The notes below the pieces were generated by a model that was not told the DNA's origin, did no database searches, and worked only from the letters and a program-made list of their open reading frames with translations. Below, piece by piece: positions 39,612 to 53,179 of a DNA stretch of 64,000 nucleotides; position 1 is the first letter of the stretch; every line of letters starts with the position of its first letter. The translations under genes and the position numbers were made by a program. This DNA is from Octopus sinensis. Taxonomy: Eukaryota. The DNA lies in contig NC_043006.1 of the NCBI RefSeq assembly GCF_006345805.1, positions 87,792,001 to 87,856,000 on the forward strand. The letters are read 5' to 3'.

Positions 39612-39775
39612 CAGACTTCTTTCAGTTCCCATCTACCAAATCTACTCACAAGGCTTTGGCCAGCCCAAAACTTATAGTAGAAGACACTTGCCCAAGGGGC
39701 CATGCAGTGGGACTGAACCAAGAATCATGTGGTATGGTTAGGAAGCAAGTTTCTTACCATACAGTTACACCTGTG
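39612..39775 (-). mobile_element. CORE-like SINE, 5' half
   Basis: Reverse complement of 6016-6180. Confidence 0.75.
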
Positions 39776-40206
39776 TCTATATGTATATATATATATGTGT
39801 ATAACAAAAATACAAATAGAGAAAATTGTAGAAATCACCTTACAAAACTGATTATTGTTTCTGTGGTATTAACATATTTAGATATAGAAAATATGACTGA
39901 AACTGATATTTCCAAAAATATATGTTAACACAACATTTTCAAGGCAATCCAAAATTAGTTAAATTCAAAGTGAACCAAGGAAATATTTCCAGAACACAAA
40001 CACATTCAAAAAGAATAGGAAGAAGAAATATAATCTAGGAAAAGCTATTTTTGTTTTCAACTATTGTTTACATGAGTGGATAACTAAATAATAAAAAATA
40101 AACTTTAGAATACTATGTTAAGACAATTAGAAATATAGACATTTCACATCACAATTAGTTATCTATTTATTAAATAGAGTAAACATTTTTAGAAAAATTA
40201 TGCTTA

Positions 40207-40570
40207 TCTCTATATATATAAACAGCAAAATGTCTGTGTGTGTGTCCTTCATACAAATCCACAATATTTTAGTTAGAGGGCTCGCACTTTCTATGGTTAT
40301 TCAAAACCGTCCAAGGGTGGTCGTGCACATCTTTACATTTCCTCATTTACCCCGCAAAGCCATTAAAAAATCAATAAAATTGACTTTTTTGTGAATTTTC
40401 TATCCAAATCCCAATCAAAATGCCCGAAACTTGATACGCCAATTGAATGCCAGCTAGCTGTATGTGATTGGTCGGAGATTTGGACAGTACTCGCGTGTAT
40501 ATGTGCACGCACGCAGCTGTATATGCATGCACTTGCACTATGACCTGGCAACGCCGGGTCATAGTGCTAG
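40207..40570 (+). mobile_element. Complete 364-bp non-autonomous Helitron
   Basis: A|TC 5' end. 3' hairpin GCACTATGACCTGG-CAACG-CCGGGTCATAGTGC (40535-40567) ends in CTAG|T. No TSD. Confidence 0.85.
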
Positions 40571-40870
40571 TAATATAATATATGAAAAGCAATTATAATT
40601 AAAAATTGAAATATTTGAATACCTTCTGAAATTTGTGGAAACATTTCATCATAAAATTTCCATTAAAATTTAATAAAATTAATTTAGAAGTAATTATATA
40701 ATACATTTCTTCAAGACAAAGATCACACATAGAAATGCCAATATTCTATGTGTGATGGTGCATAATTAATAATGGACCAATTTAAATCATACTTAATGTT
40801 CCTATCTTTTAAATCCTAAATGCATTTACTAAGATTTGTAGAATTACCTTTTCTTCTATACTTAAATGAA

Positions 40871-41285
40871 TGCAGGAGTGGTTGTGTGGTAAGTAGCTTG
40901 CTTACCAACCACATGGTTCCAGGTTCAGTCCCACTGTGTGGCACCTTGGGCAAGTGTCTTCTACTATAGCCTCAGGCTGACCAAAGCATTGTGAGTGGAT
41001 TTGGTAGATGGAAACTGAAAGACGCCCGTCGTATATATGTATATGTATATATATATATAGTGTGTGTGTGTGTGCATGTTTGTGTGTCTGTGTTTGTCCC
41101 CCCAACATCGCTTAACAACCGATGCTTGTGTGTTTACGTCCCTGTAACTTAGTGGTTCAGCCCTTTAGAATAAGTACTAGGCTTACAAAGAATAAGTCCT
41201 GGTGGTTGATTTGCTCGACTAAAGGTGGTGCTCCAGCATGGCCACAGTCAAATGACTGAAACAAGTAAAAGAGTAAAAGAGAGAA
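40871..41285 (+). mobile_element. CORE-like SINE, full length
   Basis: Colinear with 6016-6415. Confidence 0.82.
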
Positions 41286-41711
41286 TGATTATGAAATCTA
41301 GATTTCCAGAGTGTTGTAGATGAACTTATATAATAATATTTATGATCCCTTATTTTACATTAATAGACTATATTTTTCCTTAAACACTGATTTTCTAAAA
41401 TGCAGACAATTTTGCTTTGAAATTACAAAGGCATTTATTCACTTGTATCTGGTACACATGGTTAAAAGTTCCTGCTAGTCCTCCTCTCAGAATTAAGTGT
41501 TTAGGCAGGATTATCATTATTATAATTAACGTTAAAACTAGATATTAACTTAACTGTATTATCAGAGTCAGAATTACTTTTACTTAAAGAATCAAAATCA
41601 GGAAAATTATCATTGAAGTTAATTTCACAATACACATTATCAATTTTACTCTTGTTTATAGATTTTGCGTTGAGATATTCCCTAATTCTCTGTTTGTTGT
41701 TTTCTACAAGC

Positions 41712-41745
<34 letters not shown>

Positions 41746-41772
41746 ATGTGTGCATAACTGTGTGTGTGTTTG

Positions 41773-41811
<39 letters not shown>

Positions 41812-42199
41812 TTAGGGAGTATATTCAAACTTACAGGGAAAAATTAGATTTAGGATTAAATCAAATTTCACAGTATAAATATGAATTAAATTAGAGATAG
41901 TTGCCTAATAGTGGTTCTATCTCTAATTTAATTTATATATATATATATATATATGTACACACACACACAGAGTTATGCACACACGCACACAGTTATGCAC
42001 ACATGCATGCACACACACATAATAACAAAAAGGGAGGAATTATCCCCATATGGTCAGTTGTAATGCCAAAATATATATATAAAATATATTATTTTATATA
42101 TGTATTTATTGCTTTATATAAATACATATATGTGTGTGTATGTGTGTGCGTGTGTGTGTGTGTGTTTGTTTATGTATGTGTGTGTGTATGTATATATAT

Positions 42200-42328
<129 letters not shown>

Positions 42329-42499
42329 ATATATATACACATATATATATATATTGGCTTGTAGAAAACTGCAGAAAGTTGTTTCCTTGTCAGTGAAGTA
42401 TTATAAAAATATCTGAAAACAATAACCCTTCCTATTATTATATATACATAATTACCACCACCTGTCTGGCTGATAATATAGTGTTAAATATTTTATCTA

Positions 42500-43712
42500 C
42501 AAGGGACAGCTGAAAAGTGCATAGGCTGACCAAGATTCTCTCATGGAATGTGACCAAATGAGGTCTATTTTTCAACATAGTTCCCCTGAAAGAAGCTTTT
42601 TTTTCCTGTTCCTCAAAAAAGTCATCAACAACAGACGTCATCATCACTGCGATACAGGTTCCCAGCCAGGTGGGTTTTTTTATGTTGGTGAACTGCTGAT
42701 AGTCAGATGTAGGGACGGTGATCAACCAGTTAGAAGCCACAGTCATGCACAGAAACCATTGAAACCAAGAATTTGTGTGCTGGAGTATTGTCCTGATTGA
42801 ATAAAACCCCTTTTGTTTGTTTTCCTGGGCATTTAGTCTTGATAGTCTTTCATGACTACCTCAGCAAGTTGGCATAGTACTCTCCATTGGTGGTGTGGTA
42901 CTTTCCAAGATAGTCAATAAACACAATGTTTTTTGTGTCCAGAAAAACCGAGGCCATCACCTTCCTTGCAGTTGAAACAATCTTGGCCTTCTTTGGAGCA
43001 GTTGATGAGGGTGCTTCCACTGCATGGATTATCTCTGTGTCTCTGGCTCAAAGTAATGAACCCAACACTCATTCTGAATCAAAAAAGATTCAATGAAATC
43101 AGCTGGAACTGCCTGAAACAATGCCAAATTTTCCTATGATGCGATCAGCATCATGTGCTTTTGATCAGGTGTCAGATGCGGAATCCACCAAGCAGAAACC
43201 TTCATCATACCAAGCTTACTGTACAAAATATTCTCAACTTTCTCATGGAATTTGCTAATATCATTAGCTATTTGATTTATAATCAATCACCTGTCATCCA
43301 TCACCATATGGTGAACACGATCAATGTTTTTTATTGGTAGCAGTTGCAAGACATTCAGACCTTGGGTCATCTTCAAGACTCTATTTTCCCTTCCTAAATT
43401 CAACTGCCCACTTTTGCATTGCTAATAAGGCTTTATTTCCTAATGTAGCAACCATGTCAGCATGAATGTCTTTCAGAGTTAAAGCCTTTTTCTACAGGTA
43501 CTTAATAACACTACAATGCCAAATTTGTCCCATTTTCAAGAGAATTCACTACTAGTTACATTTGAGGTTTTCTTTGAACAGTTAGGCATCAGTTTACCCA
43601 GAAAGAAACAATGCAGTTATTAATAAGAAGAGTCGAAATTAATGCATGCAAGATTTCACTATTCTAGCATCACTCCTCATAGTCAGCCTATGAACTTTTC
43701 ATTCCACTCTCA
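42500..43712 (-). mobile_element. Degenerate mariner transposon
   Basis: TIRs TA|CAAGGGACAGCTGAAAAGTGCATAGGCTGAC / GTCAGCCTATGAACTTTTCA. The minus strand from about 43533 gives SVIKYL*KKG...KDIHADMVATLG...QKWAVEFRKG..SLEDDPRS. Confidence 0.8.
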
Positions 43713-44214
43713 TAACTACTTAGTGTAATTAGCAAGAAAAGATATATAGGAAAAATATTCAACTAAGAATAAGCAATACTCAACAAGCCATTCCATGTCA
43801 ACTCTCAGTCTGCAATTGTTCGGTTGTTTCTCGGAAGAAATATTCAGCTCAAGGAAGAAATCTGTATTCTAAAAACTGACAATTGTGAAGTCTTGAATGA
43901 AGAAATTCAAACCATAATCATTTGAAGCCTTAGGCAAGATTTTTCATCTGAGATTGTTTGATTAAATACCAAATGAAACTCTGAGAACAATGTCAATCTA
44001 ACAACCAAGCAGAGCCCATATCAGGAAAAGGAAATGTTATCTATATTTACATTTTGTGAGAAGACCTTCAAAATTTAACTGGCAAGTTGTCACTATCATC
44101 ACTTCCTCATGAAAAGGAAGCTACGACATTCCAAGCAGATATTATTATAAGTATTATTATTATATATATCATTGTTGTCATTGCTATTAGTATGATTGTT
44201 GTTGTTGTTATTAA

Positions 44215-44247
<33 letters not shown>

Positions 44248-44617
44248 CATTATTATTATTATTATTATCATCATCATTATTATTATTATTATTATTACTT
44301 TTATTATTGCACAATTAGAAGAATGTGTACAGATTTGCTTTGTTTATTGAACTGAACATCATCATGTCTTGATGATGTCTTTCTTGTCTAGGAAAGAATA
44401 AAGCAGATTGCTATTGAATTTTGAATTTCAGCATTTTTGTGGATTTTTATTTTTATTACTCTTGTCTTATTCTGAATCTGAGGGAAACAGATTGTTGAAA
44501 TATTATTCAGTTCACTAAACAAAGTCAATTTGCATTTTATTATATATCACTTTCTTCTGCTGTATATTTTCTTTCATAGAGAGCTACATCATTCTTCATA
44601 AATTATCATTGTTCAAA

Positions 44618-44980
44618 TTCTACCAAGGCCATTTTGCCTTTCACCCTTTCAGGATTGATAAAATAAGTACCAGTTGAGCACAGGTGTAATCAACTTGACA
44701 CCTCCCACAAAAATTCCAGGCCTTGTGCCTATAGTAGAAAGAATTATTATTACTAGAGTGACATATAAGAAAGTGAGCTGGCAGAATCATTAGCACACAG
44801 AATGCTTAGCAGCATTTCATCTACCTTTATGTTCTGAGTCAAAATTCTGCTGAGGTCAACTTTGCTTTTCATCCTTTCAGGGTCAATAAAATAAGTAACA
44901 GTTGCGCATTGGGGTTGATGTCATCAACTCGCCCTTTCCCAAAAATTTCAGGCCATGTGCATATAGTAAAAAGGATTATT
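44618..44980 (+). mobile_element. Two tandem Nin/Deu-like tRNA SINE copies
   Basis: GCCTTT(T)CA(C/T)CCTTTCAGG..ATAAAATAAGTACCAG at about 44635 and 44865, each ending in ATTATT. The second copy has the GAGCTGGCAGAATC head. Confidence 0.75.
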
Positions 44981-45698
44981 AGAGTGATATATTGAATAAG
45001 AGGTTTTATTTTACATTTTTCTTTTCATGTAAAGGGCAAAGGCTTGCAAAACCCTATAATCAAAGAGCTAGAGTGGTGTAAGTATAACTCTGACAGGTCT
45101 AACCAAACTGGGTAGGTCTGAAGTGAGGGATTAGATTAAAAAAAGAATCACCATCAGAAGCCTAATGCTTTAGCAGATGAATCAATTAAAGAAAGATCAA
45201 TGGTAAATATAACAAGATGTTAGAAGATGGAGTCATATTGATTATATTGATCATGATTGCCTAGTTCTGAAAGTGAACCATTGCTAATATCTGTAAAGCT
45301 AGTGATTATAAATGCCATGCAACCACTGAAAGATACAGTATGACCATAACACAATCCAAGCAAGCTTGACTATGTATATAATGAAGTGAAACTAGAGAAG
45401 ACATGAAAAAATGGATATTTTTTTCAACAAAGAGTTATGTTAAGTAAATTTAATCTAAATTTATTTAACATTTCATGTTTTCCTATATTTGTTTTAGTCT
45501 TCTTTCTCACTTCTTCATTTCGTTTTTTTTTGCTTCCTCACACTGAGAAAATGGAACTACTCAAAGTATCACACTCAAGAGAAATCAAGAAAGTAACAAC
45601 CACTGACAAAAGTCCAAACACAATGGCCATTCTCATGAGATGTAAAAATAAAGAAAGTGACTCTGTTGTCATAAATCTACATTACAATTCAATGTAAG

Positions 45699-45978
45699 TC
45701 TTCTTCTTCCTTCTCGAGCCATGCCTGGCTCATAAGGGCCATTTCCCAGTTTCCTTGGTGTATAGGTTCCCCACCTGGATGGGATGCCGGTCTGTCACAG
45801 GTGAGCTGCAAGATGCAGGTGGAAAGAGCGAGTGAAAGTTGTGGCGAAAGAGTCATGCCGGAGCCATGTGGAGCTTAGGTATTTTGCTCATAAACACACA
45901 CATCGCCCACTCTGAGGTTCGAACCCATGATCCCTCGACCACGAGTCCGCTGTTCTAACCACTAGGCCTTGTGCATCC
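45699..45978 (-). mobile_element. tRNA-derived SINE (tRNA-Arg-like head) with (AAG)n tail
   Basis: Head GGCCTAGTGGTTAGAACAGCGGACTCGTGGTCGAGGGATCATGGGTTCGAACC (A and B boxes). It continues into a non-tRNA body and a GAAGAAGAAG tail. Confidence 0.75.
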
Positions 45979-46049
45979 AATTCACCCATAAGACTCACAA
46001 ACACCACAATACCAAGAAAAAGGTTGGAAATGGAATACTTTCCATGCTA

Positions 46050-46239
46050 CCAGGATTATTATTATTATTATTATTATTCTGCCAAGGACAACTTTGCCTT
46101 TCATCCTTTCTGGGTTGATAAAATAAGTACCAGTTGAACACTGGAAACTCCTCTCCAAAAATTGCTGGCTTTGTGCAAAATTTGAAATAATGTTTATTAT
46201 TATTATTATTATTATTATTATCATTATTAATATTATTAA

Positions 46240-46270
<31 letters not shown>

Positions 46271-46380
46271 AATATTATTATTATTATTATCATTATTATA
46301 AATATTATTATTATTATAATTATTATTAATATTATTATTAATATTATTATTATCATTAATATTATTAATATTATCATTAA

Positions 46381-46427
<47 letters not shown>

Positions 46428-46566
46428 TTATTAATATTTTTATTATTATTATTAATATTATTATTATTATTATTATTATTATATAATATTATTATTATTA
46501 TTAATATTATTATTATCATTATTAATATTAATATTATTATTATTATTAATAATAATAATATTATTA

Positions 46567-46620
<54 letters not shown>

Positions 46621-46892
46621 TAGTATTAAAGGGATGAGCTGGCAGAATTTTTAGCATATTGGGTTAAAATGTTTAGTGGCATTTCATCTGTCTTTGTGTT
46701 CTGGGTTGAAATTCTACTGAGTTCAACTTTGTCTTTCATTTTTTCCAGGTCAATAAAATCAGTACTAGTGAAACACTGAGGGTACTGTAGTCAACTTACC
46801 GATTCCTCCAAAAATGCTGGCCTTGTGCCAAAATTTGAATCCATTTTTATTACTATTATTATTATTATTAATATTATTATTATTATTATTAT

Positions 46893-46950
<58 letters not shown>

Positions 46951-47224
46951 ATTATTATTATTATTATTATTACTATTATTCATTAGTGCCTCAAACAAAA
47001 TGTTTAGTGGCATTTCTTTCAGATCTTTATGTCCTGAGTTCAAATCTCACCAAAGTCAACTTTGTCCTTCAACCTTTTGGGTTCAATAAAATAAGTACCA
47101 GTCGGTTTCTGAGATTGATGTACTTGACTAAATTCCCCCCATCCCAACACCACCACCACTGAAGCTTTTGGCCTTGTACCAGAATTGTTTATTACTACTA
47201 CTACTACAACTGCTGCTGCTGCTA

Positions 47225-47275
<51 letters not shown>
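46050..47275 (+). repeat. (ATT)n/(AAT)n microsatellites interleaved with three Nin/Deu-like SINE copies (about 46080-46190, 46626-46850, 46985-47190)
   Basis: Direct reading. The SINE body motif is repeated three times, each copy followed by ATT repeats. Confidence 0.85.
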
Positions 47276-47279
<4 letters not shown>

Positions 47280-47832
47280 GCCCTGATGCATTACCAGGCA
47301 GTAGCTCTCACGACTTCTGATCTTAACTGATTGGAAGTGTTATCATGTACATTGTTTTGTCTTGGTACAGCAGATGGGCTACAGTAAATATTCTGCTCAA
47401 TATCACAGATTTGCTTGTCAGTTGTTTGACCTTAACCAGTTGAGCATGTCCCTTAGTGGCTGACAATATGTGCATCTCTGATCATGAGCAGAAGTAGTGG
47501 GGGGCATCATAGCCATGTATTGAGAGGGATTCTTTGGGGTTTGGATAATCCACCTTTGGAAACATGGGTGTTTTGTTCAACATCCTTAAACAACCCTTAT
47601 CCAGGGACCTTTTGAGTGGGATAGGCTACTCAACTTGAAGAAAATTCTAACTGGGCCCCACCTGCAAGGTCATGTACTGTTAATCTTGATATGAGATCAG
47701 TATGTCATGCACATTTGGTTGTGATGCATGTGCCTAGTATACCCTTATCAGATATCTAGTCATGATGGGTTTACTGGGCTTCGTATATTTTATCCCAATG
47801 TCACTTTGATTGCATGCACTGCTCTCTCACTC
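47276..47832 (+). mobile_element. Unclassified interspersed repeat of about 557 bp flanked by (AAT)n on both sides
   Basis: Its 3' part recurs inverted at 63787-64000, where it also abuts ATT repeats. Confidence 0.7.
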
Positions 47833-47846
47833 AATAATAATAATAA

Positions 47847-48095
47847 ACTATAAAGGTTGTGCCTACAATGGTTGGTGCATTGGGAATTGTAAACAAAGAT
47901 ATAACAAATGGTTGAAGGAGGTTGGAATAGAATGTCTTGTAGAGCTTGCACAGAAAGTTTGCCTTAGAGACAGGGAAGATTATCAGGAGTGCCTTAAGCA
48001 CTTGAAAGCTTGTGGATACCTAAGGTTACAAGTAGTAATCTGCTACTCACATAAATTCTACCAGGAATAAGTACAAACCTAAGTCAAATCAATAA
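47847..48095 (+). mobile_element. 3' end of an RLE-type (R4/Dong-like) non-LTR retrotransposon
   Basis: With two frameshifts: IKVVPTMVGALGIVNK/YNKWLKEVGIECLVELAQKVCL/LETGKIIRSALST*. This matches the RLE C-terminal VVPxxIGALG...LQKxxLLGTAxILRxVL. A short 3'UTR ends in AATAAT. Confidence 0.7.
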
Positions 48096-48099
48096 TCCT

Positions 48100-48665
48100 T
48101 TCTACTAAAAGCACAAGGCCTGAAATTTTGGGGGAGAAGACTAATTGATTATATCAGCCTCAGTGTTTCAATGGTACTTAATTAATCACAGTGGAATTTG
48201 AATTCAGAACATGAAGACAAACGAAATGCCACTAATCATTTCACCTGTTGGGATAACGATTCTGCAAGATTACCGCTTTAACCTCAAAATCAGTATTTTT
48301 GAGGGAAGCGGGTTAATAGATAACATTGACCATAGTGCTTAACTTTATTTCATTGATTCTGGAGGAATGAAAATCAAAGTCAACATCAGTAATATTTGAA
48401 ATCATACAATAAAAGAGCTGAAACAAAAACCACAAAGTATTCTTTCCATAGTTCTAACACTTTAGTCAGGTCACTACCTTATTTCTGATTTAAACACATA
48501 ACCAGTGGTTTTTAAAGGAGGCACTTAATCAATACTGTCAACCTCAGTATTCAACTGGTACATTATTTTATCAACTCCAGAAGGACAGAAGGCAAGTGCC
48601 GGACAAGTGCTGCAAAATATTTTGTTCAATGCTCTAAATATTTTGCCACTCCACCACACTATGAG
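48100..48665 (-). mobile_element. Three degenerate Nin/Deu-like SINE copies in tandem
   Basis: The motif GGTACTT..TT(T)AT(T/C)...GAAGGA..GAA.. and GAATTTGAA.TCA recurs at about 48100-48280, 48285-48460 and 48505-48665. Confidence 0.6.
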
Positions 48666-50849
48666 AAACTGAAATAATGATGATCATTTCAAGTAGCCAA
48701 GCAGTAAACTTATGTAGCCCTAAAGTCTAATCAGTTACCACAATGATCAATATACTCTTGTTATCATGCTCCTGTTCACTCTATTATCCAAACATCATTG
48801 TTTAAACAACTTAAATTATTAGAACCAAGTGCTGCAAGATAATAAACTACTTGTAGACTGAATAGTACAAACTGTATTATTTGAGGAACTATTCCTATCT
48901 TATATTTAATTTACAGTTGTATACTGTAAGATTGACGAGGTTTAGTACCAAACACAGGTACCAGACACAGGTTTACAAGTGATGGACCTTATCCACTTAG
49001 TTGTATTGATTTCTCAGCAAACGATATATTTCATAAAAAAAGACATTTAGAAACTTGCTTTAGAGTTGAATGAGAGAGATAGTGGGGTCACAGAGAGGGG
49101 GAAAAGTGACATCTAAACTACATAGGTAGAACATAAACAGTAGAGAAACATACCCCAAGGAATATTACTGCCATATGTATAAAAATAAAAGAAACAAAGT
49201 GAACTCTGGAAGCCCACTGATAAATCCATTTTCTATTGAATATATGTTGTCAGTGGAACAATTTCTATAATGAAGAAGTTTCTGCTTATATATATTTAAT
49301 GTTTTTTTTTCCTTTTTTGTTTTCTTTATTATAATATTTACCCTACTGATGCTCCAGAATTATCATTTAAGTCACAGGCCCACAGTTTTTATTTGTCTTG
49401 CAAATCAATTACTTCTCACAGACCTACGATCCATTGAATGCTTTATTAATTTATCCATGAATGCCATCGCAAAAGTAATGGCATCTCCGAATTTCAAACA
49501 TACACAACAAAGCTATTCTGTTTGTTTTGGGCTGACTACCATAGATTTAGTTATACATCAGCAGAGTAAGATAGCGTATTGAAACAGTAGATTACCCACA
49601 ATGCCACATTTCAATGCAGCAATTACCAAATACAACGTTAACTTGTACAGTTGAAGATTTTCTTTTCTCATTTTCTTTCATTCGACGTGCATTTCAACCA
49701 TGAATCATATTTACAAAATAAATCTACCATGATTATCTAAAACATTTAATAAGAATGAGTGCCAAACAAACAGCACAAAAAAAAAATCTTAAACAGAAAT
49801 AAAATGATAAAACAAGAAATAACAATGTTAGTCTGGTTGTCTAAAAGTCTCGTCAGACTTTACAAAGAGTTGTGGATGGAATCACTTTTGTATCTGCCAG
49901 AAAGCTCCATAACAATTCTATTCATGACAACAATATCTTCTGAAAGAATAATTGGTTTTACTCCACAAACCCAAATGGGAATTCAGTAAGTCATCTGACT
50001 TCCTGCAATATTTATCTCTATTAAGGTTTTTCACTATGGGGAATATACAATAATGAGCAATAGCTGAAACAGGCAAAATGAATTCAATTCAGGCTGAAAC
50101 TGGAGAGAAGAGATAGCTGTTGTAAGAGCAGCTAGGTGGAAGTAAGCAGCAAATGAAGGGCAAAATATCATTTCAGTTTGGTTCTCCTTGAAATAACAAT
50201 CTACATTAGTGAGGTGAGAGACAGAGTTGACACTCAGTAGAAACAGAAACATGTACTATTTAGCATGAAGTTTGTAATAACAGAAGTGCTTCTGTAGCAG
50301 TGAGAGAATATGCTTTCTAACACACACTCATAGAAAAGATAAATAAATAAATATATGAAAGATATATTGACATATTGGTATAATTATGCTTCAGTAAAAG
50401 GTGTGAAATGTTTATGCACAATGCACATGTGAACGAGTGTTCAATTATTTATATCTTGAGAGTTAGACTGTGTGTGCATGAGTGTATATATGTGTGCCTA
50501 TACAGGCTGTCCTAGAAACATTTACATTCACATAATGAGGCATTATAATTCATTATACTGAATGGTGTGTCAAAAGACAATCATATTCAAACAGAAAATA
50601 TTACTGTGTTTGAGTTTGTATGAATGAAAGTGTGTATGTGTGTTTATATGTGTTTACTCGTGTGACAGCATTTGCACAAATGATTAATAATTTTTACAGT
50701 AAATTTATTTACTGAACTATATATTAAGATTACAATATATGATATAATTAATAATATTCAAAAAATAAATTATCAATTAGTATACTTCACATCATTCTCA
50801 AATTTATAGACAAAGATTCTAAAAGTTAATCACACACACACACACACAC

Positions 50850-50891
<42 letters not shown>

Positions 50892-51682
50892 TACACTGTT
50901 GCTACTCAAAGTTTCTTGCACAATGCAAAATGTGAATAATCAGATTTCAGCCAATAGGATCAACAATACACATTGAATAATCATGCTCTAAAGGCACAAT
51001 CATATATACATACACACACATATACTATTTTTAATTACTTTTTCAAACAACCCAATCATAAACTGCCATTTGCAAAACCAACATGTATTTAAAACCATAC
51101 ACAGACACACAAAAGAAAAAAACAGAACAAAAAAGAATCACAAAAAAGCCCCCATCGTCAGTGAACCAACAAATCCTAAAGAGAAAATATAGGCAGTTGT
51201 AATGAAGATATCATTTCTTAATTTATTTATATACAGGTCTATAATGCCTTCAAATTTTCCCAAGGATATAAAATGAAACATTGCTTAACCGTCAAGCATT
51301 TAAACCAGCCATATCTGGCCTAAATATACTGCCAATTATATGTTGAAATTGGCCAGATCTGACCACTCACACCTACCCCACACTGTCACTCTAAAAATTA
51401 ACAATCACATCATTGAAATTTCAAAATTATGAGATAATACATGATTAATTCAAAATGATAGGAATAAATAAGCATTACATTTCACAGAGTAATATAAATT
51501 CTAAAGGGTCAAATCTCATCTATATGTCTAACACTTCAGAGTCAGTCTCTGTGACTCTGAGATATTGACTCCATAGAGCTTAAGAAAATTCTATGACGTT
51601 TTAAATAAATGTATAGAAATAAACTAAAAAACTATACTTTCATTGCTTCTGACTAAATTTTCGTTTTTATTATCATTTATAT

Positions 51683-52152
51683 TCTCTTTTACTCTTTTAC
51701 TTTTGTATCTGTTAGAAAGCTCCATAACAATTCAAGTCATTTGACTGTGGCCATGCTGGAGCACCGCCTTTAGTCGAGCAAATCGACCCCAGGACTTATT
51801 TTTTGTAAGCCTAGTACTTATTCTATCGATCTCTTTTGCCGTAACTTTGGTAAGTTACGGGAACATAAACACACCAGCATCAGTTGTCAAGCGATGTTGG
51901 GGGGACAAACACAGACACACAAACATATACACACACACACACACACATACACACACACACACACTCATACACACACACACACATATATACAACGGGCTTC
52001 TTTCAGTTTCCATCTAACAAATCCAGTCACAAGGCTTTGGTCGGCCCGAGGCTTTAGTAGAAGACACTTGCCCAAGGTGCCATGCAGTGGGACTGAACCT
52101 GGAACCATGTGGTTCGTAAGCAAGCTACTTACCACACAGCCACTCCTACGCC
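51683..52152 (-). mobile_element. CORE-like SINE, full length, with a short foreign insertion in its tail
   Basis: Reverse complement of 6016-6415. About 35 bp at 51699-51733 match 49884-49918. Confidence 0.82.
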
Positions 52153-53179
52153 TATATGGTGTATGCAATGTTATATCAAAATGCATGCATACATTCACTT
52201 AGGCATGGGCTCAACGATTATTTCCATCTATTTCAAATCTACACTATAATTCTCAACAGTGTTTCTATTAGATGTGATTAGCAATAGTTTACACTGTACT
52301 ACATTACTTTTCTTCAGTAATGAACCTGCTTAACACCAGCCATGTTTCCTGCACACTTGCATTCCACCAGACATTTTCTTCTGCCCTCTCTACAATCTGA
52401 GTCACAATATACATAGAGGAAGCTTATTTGGCTTAGCATTTCCAGCAGGTCTTAAGTGGCTTATTGTACTTGTACTACACTCTCTTTTCATTTTGTATTT
52501 TTCCTGTGTTCTTTAAAACCCACACATGTATTTATCATTTCTCTGCAGAACATGTCAACATATACAGCACAACTTGCTACTCTTACATCACCTAAACACA
52601 GGTACTCAGCTTTTTCCTCACTCTTCCCAATTTATCTCACACTATTGACTGAATTTAAAAGCTTACAATGATGCAAATACACCAGTCGTAACTACATTTT
52701 CACACACCATCAAAATTACCAATACATGCAGACATTCTCAGCTCACAAAGCTATTGTTCCTAAATAAAAACATTACTATTATGTATAATAATGTTTTGTG
52801 ACATTTAATACATATATTTAACTATTTTATGAACTTTTATATTTTTTCTTCTTGTGGCTGCAAACTTTTTGCACTTATTCTTTCTGTAAATTTATATGAT
52901 GTACATGCTTTTGTTGTTTTAACTGCAAATTTCATTATTATATATTTTAATCTTGTCTGTAATGTAAATAACTCACTACAAGAAGATTAATGTTGCATGA
53001 CCCTAGCTAAGATTGGAACCATAACTCTCAGATTTTCCCAGTTTGGAACAATGAACTAATGTAATTCCATAAAAGAGTTGCCATAAACAGTATTAGCAGG
53101 TATTGGCTCAACCAGTCAGCACTGGTTGACTTATTATGATTCATTGACAGACAGACAGACAGATAGATATGCATATATC

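Noticed and set aside
45905-45978. tRNA gene
   Set aside because: A/B boxes are present but there is no complete acceptor stem. It continues into a SINE body and (AAG)n tail.
45982-47291. Poly-N, poly-I, poly-L and poly-Y ORFs (also 44087-44350 and 55511-55702)
   Set aside because: Translations of (AAT)n/(ATT)n repeats.
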